DNA of 62,000 nucleotides from Wallemia ichthyophaga EXF-994 (Eukaryota; Fungi; Basidiomycota). Shown here piece after piece: positions 49,543 through 61,813 of this stretch. The notes under the pieces were generated by a model that saw only the letters and a program-made list of their open reading frames with translations, was not told where the DNA came from and ran no database searches. Position 1 is the stretch's first letter; each line of letters opens with the position of its first letter. The DNA is taken from the NCBI RefSeq assembly GCF_000400465.1, contig NW_008806281.1, positions 144,001-206,000 of the forward strand. Reading direction: 5' to 3'. The translations under genes and the position numbers were made by a program.

Positions 49543-51694
49543 ATGAGATTTCATTCACGGCTTATGAATTTGAAGCCATCTCTTATCAATAAACCCGCTG
49601 ACGGTGTTAGGCCTGCAATTTGGAAGTCACTCGCACCGTACATCTCCAACCACCATCTTAAATTACCTGCGTTGCCAGTCCCATCTCTGGAAAACACTGC
49701 AGATCAAGTCTTAAATTCTATCAAGCCATTGACTAATGACGTCAACCAATTTACGCATCTTGAGGGGAAATTGCACAGATTTCTAGCCAACGAAGGCCCA
49801 GCACTCCAGCAGAGACTTATTTCACGCAGTCAAGATCCAGAGCACGTCAATTGGCTTGAGATGTATTGGGACGACGCAGCATACATGTCCTATCGCGATT
49901 CTGTCGTCGTCAACGTTTCTTACTTTTATGGTTTCGCACCACCAAAGCAAAAGCTGGATTTACCTCAGTATGCTGCTAGAGTTGCTCACCACGCTCTTCA
50001 ATTTAGAAAGTTGCTCTATGACGGCCAAATCGAACCTGATGCGATCGGTAGAGACAATTCACCAATTTGCATGAACTCGTACAGGTTCCTCTTTGACGCC
50101 TGCCGCATACCAGCCAAGCCAGCTGATTACGTCAGTGTGCAAAGACAAGGTATCGGCCATGTCGCAGTCGTTTACCGTGGTAATTGGTGGAGCATCCCGT
50201 CAACCACGGGCGACGGTACACCTCTCTCGATTTCAGAGCTTGAGCAAAATATAGAATACATCCTTGATCAGCAAGCCGAAGAGGGGTACGTTGGTCTTCT
50301 TACGACACGCAACAGAGATAAGTGGGCAGATGTGAGTGATCTTGGTCAGGAATACTTTTGCTCACGCTATCTAGGATCGATCTGCTCTGTTGCAAATTGA
50401 CAAAAAGAATGAAGAGTCTTTAGCTGCAATCGAATCAGCTGCCGTTGTTATCACATTAGACGGTAACCAAGCAATCAACTCGCCAGTCGATAAGTCTAGA
50501 CACCTCTGGCATGCAGGTGAAACAGGGAGATTCTCTAACAACCGCTTTGTCGACAAGCCCCTCCAATTCATCTGCTGGCAGGACGAGTCTTCTGAGACAG
50601 CTAGTGGTGGTTTTATGGGTGAGCATTCCTGTGCTGACGGGACGCAACCTCAAAGAGTCTGTGATTACGTTATGGAGAGCATTCAAAAGGCTTCACTGCC
50701 CTCAAATGAGCTGCTCGATCAAGATACTGTTAATGCAGAGAGAAGAGATACCCAAACACCAATCCCCCTCCCGTTCAACCTCGACGGTCTTCAAGGGTCA
50801 ATAAATGATGCCTGGAATGAGATCAAGGAGCTGGCAAATAGCCAAGTTCTTGGATATATCTTAACTAATTATGGCAAAGGAGCGATCAAGAAAGCAGGTT
50901 TTTCACCAGATGCGTGGACGCAGATGGTCATACAGCTCGCTTACTCTCGTTTGGCAGCTAGAGAAGGTGAAGAAGCATTCCCAGCTCCTACATATGAAGC
51001 AGCAATGACACGTTCATTCGCTAATGGCCGTACTGAATGTATTCGCTCAGCCACCACTGACAGCGCGACATTTACTAATGCTATGAACGATCCTTCTAAA
51101 ACCGCTGATGAACGTATAAACGCCTTGGAAGTCGCTGTAAAAACACACTTGAAAAATGCGAAGCAGGCCGGTTTAGCTCAAGGTTGCGATAGACATCTGT
51201 TTGGTAGGCAATTCAATCAGCTTTTAGCACGTACTTTGCTAATAGGTTCTTAAAAGGTCTGAAGAAATCACTGCTTCCTACTGAACCTGTGCCTGAGATT
51301 TTCAATGACGGGCTCCTCTCAAAATCAGGCACTTGGACACTGTGAGTGTAGAGAGCTGTGATTTAACTACACTTAACGACACTTCAGCTCAACCTCACAG
51401 ATATCATCAAAATACTTTGACACATATGGATGGGGCGAAGTGGTGCCAAGCGGGTGAGAGGTTTAGCAGTACCATTTGAAATATTCTAACCTTAATTCTA
51501 GTTTTGGAGTCGCCTACGCTATCTTCGAGGATTATCTTCAATTCACAGTAACAAGTCATAGCGCTTATGGCACAGCTTCAGAGAAGAATGACATGGGCAA
51601 AGAACGTAACGAAGCATTTTTGAAGGATTTGACCACAGCTGCGAACGACATGTTGTCGCTTTTTGGGTCTTCTGAACGTCAATCTAAACTTTAA
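49543..51694 (+). CDS. CAT2: Carnitine O-acetyltransferase, multi-exon; N-terminal presequence-like segment and C-terminal PTS1 (SKL)
   Basis: LPALPVPSL, NWLEMYWDDAAY, NRFVDKPLQF, GEHSCADG (catalytic His), SPDAWTQMVIQLAY, TYEAAMTRSFANGRTECIR, GCDRHLFG; ends SERQSKL*. Confidence 0.93.
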
Positions 51695-52340
51695 GTCTAG
51701 TTGAGGGACCGCTGTGTCAGATATTTGCATAACGTTTACGATTTAATTAAACTCCATATAAATAATGAATACCTTTGATAAAACCAGCTGGGATTTGGTT
51801 ATCGAAAACCTGAAAATGGTCTCACTTCTGCTGATATGTGGTTAAGATAAATCTAACTTGGTAGCAAAATAAATTCAACGCAACATTCCAATTGCTTTCA
51901 TCGTACAGTACTCTACAAGATAACCTCGTTGAAGTGGAGGTTGCAAAAAGTTCTATGGATTGGCGCACATTGATAACAACAGGATTTCGTTTCATGTTAT
52001 ATTAAGCATGCTGAAAAAATTTTGATAAAAAACCAATACATGAACGCATTTAGTACCAACTGATATCAATATTGCGCGATAATCTTATAAATGAACTGCG
52101 ACTAGCATCACCGATTGCAAATCAGTCTCAAATTTGCGTTGAAATGCACATATTAAAGAATGTGTACTCGAATTTTAGGTCCTTTTATAACGTAATAAAG
52201 TAAAACCCTTATCCCCTTGACATCAAGACACAAATTGTCAGATAGTAAACCAAGACTTAGACCAGCCACAAGATACGATGAAGATCATGTCGCGTCGATC
52301 CACCCTACCTCCACATCCATATTCAAAAGGAAAAGAGCTA

Positions 52341-53003
52341 AAAAACCAGCTGATGGTGTTAGGCCTGCTTTGTGGAAGTCACTCACGCCGTACATCTCAA
52401 ACCATGATTTGAAGCTGCCTGCGTTACCAGTGCCATCTTTGGAGAATATAGTCGTGCAGTTGTTGACATTTGTCAAACCATTGACGAATGACGTCACCCA
52501 AGTCAGAGATCTCGAAGGCAAACTGAAGAAATTTCTAACAAAAGAGGACCTCAAGCTCCAGAAGAGGATAATTTCACACAGTCAAAATCCAGAGCACGTC
52601 AATTGGCTCGAGCAGTATTGGGACGACGCAACCTACATGTCTTATCGTGATTCTGCCGTTGTGAATGTATCTTATTATGCTGGATAGAAATCAATGAATC
52701 ACAATTGTAACTTAATTTAATATGCAGCTCGAATGGCTCACTTTGTTCTTCAATTCCGAAAGATGCTCTACGACGGCAATATCGGACCTGATACACGGCT
52801 GCAACAAAACGCCAATGTGCATGAACGCATACAGATTCATCTTTGATGCCTGCCGCATACCAGCCAAGCCAGCTGATTACGTCAGTGTGCAAAGACAAGA
52901 TATCGGTCACGTCGCAGTCGTTTACCGTGGTAATTGGTGGAGCATCCCGTCAACCACGGGCGACGGTACACCTCTCTCGATTTCAGAGCTTGAGCAAAAT
53001 ATA
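52341..53003 (+). pseudogene. Truncated tandem paralog of carnitine acetyltransferase
   Basis: KPADGVRPALWKSL..NWLEQYWDDATYMSYRDS is homologous to 49590-49925; stop at 52685-52687 and frame disruption; the sequence ends abruptly at the LINE tail. Confidence 0.88.
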
Positions 53004-53860
53004 ATGATGATGAAATCTGATTATATTGTTAAGACGATACATGTTATAAACCGCGTCCATCAATACTTCTTAAAGCATGAGGAGTCAAAGGGGATGCGGA
53101 ATTTACTGGAAGCGTTTCTTTACTAGCGTCGTAATTTGTAAATTGTTGGTGGTTCTCAATTACATTGAACCATCGGAGTATCTTTGGTACGTAGTCAATT
53201 GCGGTTTGAAGAACTCGTAAAGGGCTTGTAAAGAGTGTGTGTTTCTGAGTATTGGACCTAATTCGAACCGAATATTGATCTTGGTAATCTTCCTTCTTAA
53301 TGTGATTCTGGCCATTATGTGTCTTTTGAGTATGAAGATTCTATGCGAGATGGTGTCCTCTGTGCCATACGCACTGTATTTAGGTGAATCAATCAGTCGG
53401 AACCGGTAACGGTAAGACTTAGTCGTAGGGTAATGCCCTGACCGTAGCTGGGTGGCTAGGCATCTCGTTGAGTACCTTGGCCGTTTTTGCTGCTGTAAAT
53501 CTTCCAGTTGATGTTTTTGCGGCGTTGGACTTAAAAGATAGAAATCATAATACATAGTCAAAAGCGTTACAACTATAAATAATCTTCGCTTACCTATACT
53601 TCTTGTACATAGAAAGCTGACGATAATAGTAACTCAAAGGGATGCGGTTCTTGATACGTGTGCCGTAAATTGGGAGGTAACTACGTGGAGCTACCGGAAG
53701 CGCGCGTGTGGGTCCTGAGCTGGTTTTTGAAGAGCTCGTAGAGAGCGCGTTGGACTTAATGTCTAATATTTTGGAGGCTTCTACTTTTAGGGATGCTGTA
53801 TAGTGCTCACATATTCTGCGTCGCATTGCTGAGTGTAAGGGTACTCCACATAGTCCGAAA
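53004..53860 (-). mobile_element. 5'-truncated LINE copy E2 (degenerate, interrupted by E3); 5' boundary approximate
   Basis: (ATC)3 tail at 53004-53012, 3' UTR and ORF homologous to E1; LATQLRSGHYP motif typical of fungal LINE ORF2 before the zinc knuckle; the frame SAMRRRI..KSNAAKT..VLNEMP is restored when E3 is excised. Confidence 0.82.
53535..53746 (-). mobile_element. 212-bp 5'-truncated LINE copy E3 from a diverged subfamily, nested in E2
   Basis: Encodes ALYELFKNQLRTHTRASGSST* (13/21 identical to the E1 C-terminus, same length to the stop); homologous 3' UTR; flanked by the 13-bp direct repeat GCGTTGGACTTAA (53522-53534, 53747-53759). Confidence 0.8.
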
Positions 53861-53940
53861 AAATTTCCCGAAAAGGATTTGAAGTAGTCAATGTCTAATA
53901 TTTACGATGTTGTTGCTACTTGAACGGTTCACACCATCAA

Positions 53941-54013
53941 GCCTTGCTAGCTCAATCGGTAGAGCGTGTGACTCTTAATCACAAGGCTGCGGGTTCGAGC
54001 CCCGCGTGGGGCT
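53941..54013 (+). tRNA. tRNA-Lys(CTT), intronless
   Basis: Canonical cloverleaf with anticodon CTT, followed by a T5 run; identical to 8542-8614. Confidence 0.96.
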
Positions 54014-54408
54014 AATATTTTTGCATCGCTGTTTTTTTTCCAGAATTTAGCATGGTGAACCATTTTGTGCAGGGATATGAGAATAGGAGGATTTTTTTTT
54101 TTGCATCGACGTAGTCGCAGAAGCATTGCAATAGAAAAGGATTAATTGATGGAATGTAAGATATCTTATTTCCAAAATTCTCGCTAATGTATTTTTGGTA
54201 ACTGGTCTGCCGTGAACGTTTGTTTGGATAGGTGATAGTAGAGAGCTTTCAGTGTATCTTGCAGGTGGAGGATAGATCTTACGTTGTGGAAAAGAAATCA
54301 TCTAAAGCTTAACACTCACATGTAAAAATCTCAACAGAACCACACACACACACTTCTATAAATACAATAAAGTATGAATGAGTACAAAACCAATCACTTA
54401 AGTTAAAC

Positions 54409-55727
54409 TTAAGCGAGACGGCCAGAGGTAGAACCGTAGAAGGCAGCCTTTTCAGCTGAAGTTTGGAATTTACCGTGACCAATCTTGGATGATGTATCGA
54501 TGAACTTGAGGTTGACCTTTTCGAGGTGTGCTCTTGAGGTGTGCACTTGGTGGGACTTTCTCAAAGTGATAGCTCTCTTCTTTGGACCAACGATACAACC
54601 CTTGAGCATGATGAAGTCGTTTTGAACAACACCGTAGTGAGGGAAACCACCCATTGGAGTGATTTGCTTGTCAGTTGGGTCAAAGTCGGTAGAAGCGTTC
54701 TTGTTGTCTTCACCGTTTGCGATTCTGTACACCTTCTTGTTGAGTTCGGTACGGTGGTGGAAACCATCCTGACCAGAACGCGCAACAGTGAACATGACGT
54801 TGGATGGGTGCCAAGCACCAATACAAGCAACCTTTCTAAGACCCTTGTGAGTCTTTCTTGGGAGACGAGTGACGTTCCATCTCTTGGTGACACCCTCGTA
54901 ACCTCTACCCTTGGTGATACCGATGGCATCGATGACCTCGTCTTGTTCGAAGACAGATGAGGCGTTGAAGGTCTTCTCGAAGTGAGACTTGGCGAAGTCA
55001 ACCTTGTCAGCGACTGAGCCACCGTTCACTTGAATCTCCATGAGGTGGGCCTTCTTTTGCTGGAGAGAAGTCTTTGAGACTTGGGTGTGAGCCAAGACAC
55101 GAACGACTTGACAGTACTTCTTGATACGCTCGATTTCACGAGAGATGGAAGCACCAGAGTTCTCAGAGTGCTTCTTAGCGTACTTGGTGAAAGCCTTCTT
55201 CTTTGAGCGGTACCAGTTCTTGTAGAAGCGACGCTTGAGTTCGTCACTAAGGTGCTCAGCCCAAACGGTGGTGAGTGAGCGGAGACCTCTTGGAGTCTCG
55301 ACGTAACCGACAACACCGACGACAGCCATTGGAGGAGTTTCGACGATGGTGACTGGCTCAACGACTTCACGCTTGTGCATCTTTGAGCCTAAGAGGGTGT
55401 AAGAGGAGGATGAAAAATTTCTAAAAACACGAACCTGGTCTGTCGAGGTCTCTGACGACGTGGGTCATACCAGCCTTGTAACCCATCAAACCAGTGAGGT
55501 GGACTGGCTTCTTAGCGTCATCCTTAGGGAAAGACTTGCACTTTCCTCTAGCACTGGGTGGGTGTTAGGCTGTGAAGCGGGAAGACAGCCAAATAACTTA
55601 CCCGACGTTAGTGCAGCGCTTCTTTGGCAAGAATCCTAAAGAACCGTGTCTTGGGGCCTAAATTTGATTAGAGTTCGTCTTGGTTGGTGTACGTGTGGCT
55701 ACTCACTTCGTACTTTCTGTGAGACAT
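54409..55727 (-). CDS. RPL3: 60S ribosomal protein uL3, 3 introns
   Basis: MSHRKYE|[59 protein letters not shown]. Confidence 0.97.
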
Positions 55728-56341
55728 CTGAGAAGACGTTAGAATGATGCAAATGAGAGGGAATAAGTCCCAATATGAGAAGGAGTGTACTGCATAATAT
55801 CCACCAGCATTTCAACCTTCCTTACGCTCACGCTTTAAACTAAGCTAAATCTGATTCCGCAGATAAAACGCAGCAACTCTTATTCAAATACTGGGACTTG
55901 TCTAAACCTACCCTCAAGTGGCCGTTGTTCGAGCTAAAGAGCAATTTCTGATTGATTCTCGAGCGATGCGTCAAATTTACATTTTCAATCAAAAATCCAA
56001 AATTCTGAATAATGGGTTAAATTAAATTTAAAATCCATTATTCTCATCTGAAATACTATTCTTTCTAAATTACTGATTATTTACACTTTCAACTGACGTG
56101 AAGATTTTCAATCGATAATGCAAAGAGATAAATGGGTTGGATGTATTCAAATGAGCTATATGTACTATAATATATATAAATTACTATCGAATTGCACCGA
56201 ATTGAGTTAATTGATCGTATGTCATAGGGACTCAAACTGCTGAGCGATTACGCTCTATACCTCTGTACAATATTGGTAATACACATCAGCCGAAGCCTTG
56301 AGCCTTCCGTCACCATCTCTTACCTCAACAACCAACAGCCA

Positions 56342-58077
56342 ATGAACGATCCGCTTACATCCAAATTCAATTACGAGGAAGACTTTAAATACGATAACAG
56401 CAACGACGACTCGGAGGAATTCGTTTATGAAAATGCAGATGCAGATAATCTCGTTGAGCCCACCAGAGAAGTCAGCGAGCAACTCGAGAACACATTGCAG
56501 CTCAATACAGGCAAGGAGAAAGACAAAGAAAACTCGCAAGATGTCAGTGATGAGTATTTATCACGTCTATTCAAAGCAGCTTCCTCCGGCGATCTAGATA
56601 CTCTCGAATTTCTCCAACCCTCATTCGCGCATTCAAATGAGACTAATAAAAGAAGCGGAATCACTCCTCTTCATGCTGCTTCTAGTAATGGACACTTGGA
56701 TGTCGTCAAGTACCTCATTCAAGACGCTGGTGCGATGCTCGAGTTGGAAGACAGGGAAGGTGAAACCGCGCTGTTGAGAGCCTCTCACAAACCAGCCAAC
56801 CTTCCGACTGTCGCTTATCTTCTTGGTGCTGGCGCCAATGTCGCACACGTTGACAGCGACGGTTGGAATGCCCTACATAACGCCTCTGCTAATGGATCTG
56901 AAGATGCCGTCAGAATTATACTTAACAACGCTGACAAGGATATCATTGATAGCGTCGGCGGTATGCAAGGTGGTCCTGGATATACTCCTCTAATGAATGC
57001 AGCAAGCAGAGGTCATCTCCACGTTGTCATTTTCCTTCTCACTGAGGCGAGCGCACCTGCAGATCCTTTCATTCGCAACAAATCTGGTGCTACTGCCTAC
57101 TCACTAGCAGCTGAGAGCTTGAATTTTGATATCTGCGAGGTGAGTGTGTTTCAATACCCTACACAATACCAACATTGTCCCAGTTCATTCTCGAGTCTGA
57201 GAAGGGGCTCGTAAAGGATCCTGCTTCTTATAACCCTCTCAAATACCATCAGTCAGCACCTATCGCCATCCTCGAAAACCAGCGCTTGGATTGTCGTATG
57301 TCAACGCTGGCGAAAACAGGCGGTATTCCGCGTTGGTCCAACTCGGGCTTAGGACAGGGCGGTAGAAGACCTAAGTGGGAGCTACTAGATGGTCGTCCAA
57401 TAGATGCTACAGATCCTTTCAACGATGTACAGATACCTTCAATCGGCAAACCGTTCACACTCAACCTGACAACGGTATCAGGAAAGCCATCAAGCAATCG
57501 TGGCGCGTATCACTGGACTACTGATGACTGGCTAGTATGGAGATCAGCCGGTAAAGAAGATGGCGAGGGATGGATGTATGCACACGACTTTAGTGCTAAT
57601 GGCCTTCAATGGAAGGGGAACAAAAACAAGGAAATCGAGAATCTCGAAAAGGGTACCGGATTAAGCTCTATCAAGGCTACACAGATGTTTGGTGGTAGAT
57701 CCGGTAAGAGTGGTAGCAAGACAACATCCTCAGACAATGTAGACAAGAACTACTGGGTGAGGAGGCGAAGATGGGTGCGAGTGCTTCAAAGAGATCCAAG
57801 TAGGCTTTCATATATTTTTACAATACTTTCTAACCAGCATACAGCCTTGACACTTGCATACACAACCCCGGAACTCAAAACACCAAAGGCAAGACCAAGT
57901 GGAATGGCCGATGTAGCATTGAAGGATATACCACCAGCACACAGCAACACAAACGACAGTAAAAGCAAACTTAGTGCTAAAAGCACTCCGTTCAATCCAG
58001 CCAATGCAATGAGTATGTCTACACCCTCACTGCCAGCAGCGACGACCAACTTCAGCGCACGATTCCCCAAGGCATGA
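56342..58077 (+). CDS. Ankyrin-repeat protein with C-terminal dysferlin/Pex24-like Trp-rich domain
   Basis: GITPLHAASSNGHLDVVKYLI, GETALLRA, GWNALHNAS, GYTPLMNAASRG; DGEGWMYAHDF..YWVRRRRWVR; intron at ~57140-57183. Confidence 0.78.
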
Positions 58078-58186
58078 TAGCAAGGCTTGAAAGCGAATGA
58101 GAGTAAACCGTAGGCATTGAATTGTAAATACCTAGAATGATTAAATAGCACTCGTTATCTACGCACTTCCATCATCTCGTCATAGA

Positions 58187-60669
58187 ATGCTGCAAAATCA
58201 ACAGCGCAAACGGCCGCACTACAATGAGGAGGATATAAAAGCGCAGTTGTCGCAGGTACATTTGATAGAATTCGATAGCTCGAATGTGCAGGACGAGTCG
58301 CTCGAGCAACTTGGTCCAATACTAAAGAATATCAACGAATCGCAGCAGGAGAGAGACTATGTGAAGGCATTAGATGCTTTCATAGCAGAGAAGGACAAGG
58401 AGATTGAGGAGCAGTGCAAATACAATTATCAGGTGAGTTGTACAGCAGCGGCACTGAGAAGCACGGCTGATCAAATGTTTGAAGGACTTTGTAGGATCAG
58501 TGAAGACGCTTCTTGGAGTGCGCAAGAGCACAATGCAGCTTAAGCAGAAGATCGTCCAGGTAAATGATGACATGCAGTCTGCAGGAAGATCTCTAGTCAT
58601 GAAGGTGTGTATTACAACACATACATCATAATGCACATCTAATATTCCTTACAGAAGAAGGAATTACTTGAAATAAACAGAACAAACGGTAATATCGACC
58701 AAGCTACAGAAATGATGCGCGCATTTCAGCATGTACTCGAAATGATGAAAAGAGTTGATGAGCTGATAGAGAGTAGGAAATACTACGCAGCTTTACGCTC
58801 TCTTGACGATCTCGCTATTCACCATCTTCCACCATTAGCGAATTACACACTCGGTGCTCACCTATTAGATGGTATTCCAGCAATGCGTCGTACAGTCTGC
58901 GATAGTGCATCATTCGAGTTGAAAGACTGGCTGCTCGGTATCAGGAACATTCAGCGCATAGTCGGTGCTTTAGCTCTATCCAACACGAATGAAAGACAGC
59001 AGCGATGGCGCAGCAAAAAGCAATCAGATCCCCTATTAGTCAACAGCGGTATTAACTCCCCATTAGAACTGGTCATGAATCAAGATAATTTCGATCCACT
59101 AAATAACAACGACGTTAGTATCGACTTCAAGCCGCTACTGCACTGTATACACATCTACGACGCACTGGCAGCTAGACAAGACTTAAGGAAAGCGTATCAG
59201 GAGGACAGAAAGTCGCAAGCTGATTTGATTTTGTCAACAAGAAGTGATCACGATTTCTCGCATTCGTTGCAGCATCTCCTACAGGACGTTGTCGGATTCT
59301 TTATCGTCGAGAGGTATGTACTCAGTCTGACTAGTGGCTTCAGGAGCGAGAGTAATGTCGATGATCTGTGGGATCTCATATGCTCTGGTATATCTAGCGT
59401 AGTTAGGGATGGTCTGCGCACATCACAGTCGCATGTGACAGTCAAAGAAAATGTAATGACGTTTATTTGGACGCTCGAAAGCTACGATTTTGACGTACAG
59501 CAATTGAACACGCTACTTCACGCATTGTTCGAAGAATATACCACATTACTTCATGATAACTACTCAAAAGAGCTAAGGAGCGTATTTGAAGGCAGTGATC
59601 AGCAAGCTCTTGTGGTCCAGTCTTCTGAGGATCTCGAAAGTATACTTAGTATTTGCTGGGTTGACAACTCTTCAGTCTCAGCCGTATATTCTCAGAAACC
59701 ACCTATTCATTTACCCTTTTCAAGCATATACCCAGATTCATGCAGATTATTGCGACAATTTATCGAAGATTTTTACAAATACACGGATGGATACGCTCAA
59801 GTGGATACTAACAGTCTAATCGTGGATGGCTTAGACAGTGTGATGAGAGATGGAGTAGTCAAAGCGCTAAGCGTGATTGCCGAGGGTGTCTTTAATCTCT
59901 CACAAGCGGTCCAGTTGGCTGTAGATGTCAGTTATTTCGAGTTTGCAGCTGGAGAGCTAATCAAGTGGTTGAGTGCTCTGTTTGGAGGTGTACACGACAC
60001 ATCCCGTTCGTCTCACCAGCTGAATTGTATCAAAGACGTTAAGAAGCTGTCAAAGCAAACTTTGACGCGTATAAGTGCTCTTATTGGCGACAAACTCGAC
60101 TCATTATTCGAGATGGCAGAGGTTGAATGGACCCCAGACTCTTCTACGGCACTCAAGAGTGACGTAAATCCGAGCGAGTATTTAAGGGAAATGACAGATT
60201 ACCTCTCTTTTATCAGCTCATCGGTGCTGACTAATTTGCCTACTAGTCTGCGCGACCAGGCTTATGCGAATGCTGTGCAACATATTGCTGAAGGTATACT
60301 TGATTTGTTGGTCGGTAGCGAAGTGCAAGTGATTAATGAAAAGGGACTAGATAACGTCAGAATCGACGTCAATTTCCTCATGACACAGTGTATTAGCGAC
60401 CAAAAACCACCAACGCTTACTGAACTGGATCAGATACTGAATTTGGTAAAGCTGAATCACATACAGGCATTCTTTGATAGTTCGACGTGAGTGCTAGATT
60501 GACAATGTTCAATTTATCTAACCAACACTTAAGATTCAGGAGAACTAAATATGGTAATGTGACGCCCAAGGTGAGTTACGACTTATCTAGACTCTTTAAA
60601 CTTAGCAGAGAACAGAACTTATTGGCGGTGTTGGACAAGCTGAGCAAAAGTCATTTAACTAGATTGTGA
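58187..60669 (+). CDS. SEC15: Exocyst complex component Sec15, multi-exon
   Basis: LEQLGPILK, EKDKEIEEQCKYNYQ, KYYAALRSLDDL, IDFKPLLHCIHIY..YQEDRKSQA, VVGFFIVE. Confidence 0.9.
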
Positions 60670-60739
60670 ATTTGTCTATATTTTTGTAATTTCGTCACTG
60701 TCTGTCTAATCGACTATTGTTATCATCATCACCATCATC

Positions 60740-61555
60740 ATGGACGGAGATCAAAATCAGCGGAAAATATCAGTTTTCAAACCATACGAGAAGACGAGTT
60801 GTATGTGGATGCTGAAATTCGCGACTTGTATTTACACGATATAGCCACGCAGGAATACCCAGAATCGTACTTTGAGCCTACGTCGAGCGAGCTTGCAAAA
60901 GCACACACAGCGACATCGAAGCGATTAGAGAGTGAATATGAGGGCCCATTAAAGACGCGAGTGATGAGGGAGAGAGAGGAGAAGCAGCGCAAGGCTAGAT
61001 GGCCGACAGTAAGTGAAGTGTTATGACGTACGTTTGTACGACACTGACACTGCCAACTCCCCATACAGACGAATATACGCGTGAAGTTTGCAGATAGAAG
61101 TATCATACAGTCAGCATTCAGCAGTACTGAGGTTATAGCGCGGGTTTATGACTTTGTGAAAGATACGCTGGACGATAAGTACACAAACGAGGAATTTGTT
61201 CTGTGTGAGTGTTGGTGGTGCATGGAGTGTATTGTACACACAAAGCTCACAATACACAGACCAAAGTCCACCGAGGATTGAATTCAAACCAAACGAAAGC
61301 AAACGCCTTATTGACTTGGGGCTAGCCCCGTCATCGGTGCTCATGATAAAGTTCAAGACAGACAGCCTCAATGCTTCGACATCGAAAGCTCCTCTGAAAG
61401 GTAGTCTCACTGCGAGTGCTCACTCGCTGCCTACGCCTCCGAGCTTCGAGTCGGAACAGAGGACGGAGAAGAACACAGTAGAGAAGCCAGTTCCGAGTGG
61501 AGAGAAGAAGGAGAAAAAGATACCAAAGTGGCTGCTGAAAGGACTAAAAAAGTAG
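60740..61555 (+). CDS. UBX-domain protein (TUG/Ubx4-like), 3 introns
   Basis: YPESYFEPTSSEL..GPLKTRVMRE..RWPT|TNIRVKFADRSIIQSAF..|QSPP..LIDLGLAPSSVL..KKIPKWLLKGLKK*. Confidence 0.8.
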
Positions 61556-61813
61556 ATTATGTACGAAGTTATGTCATTGGTTAGATAGCGCTATAGTTGA
61601 GAATCGCGTGTGATCAGGGGTATATCTTGTGCGACAATTACCTATACTATACCTCATTTATTTGTCTTCAAAGTTCCTTGGCTCGCGTTCGCGCCGCTGC
61701 TAAAAGCGCGAAATGAGATATGAATATGCACTAAAATAACCCAAAAACCGGCAGATCCGACTTGAACACTAACCAACAACTCAAATCTATCCAACTTTAC
61801 TCAACTTAACCAA

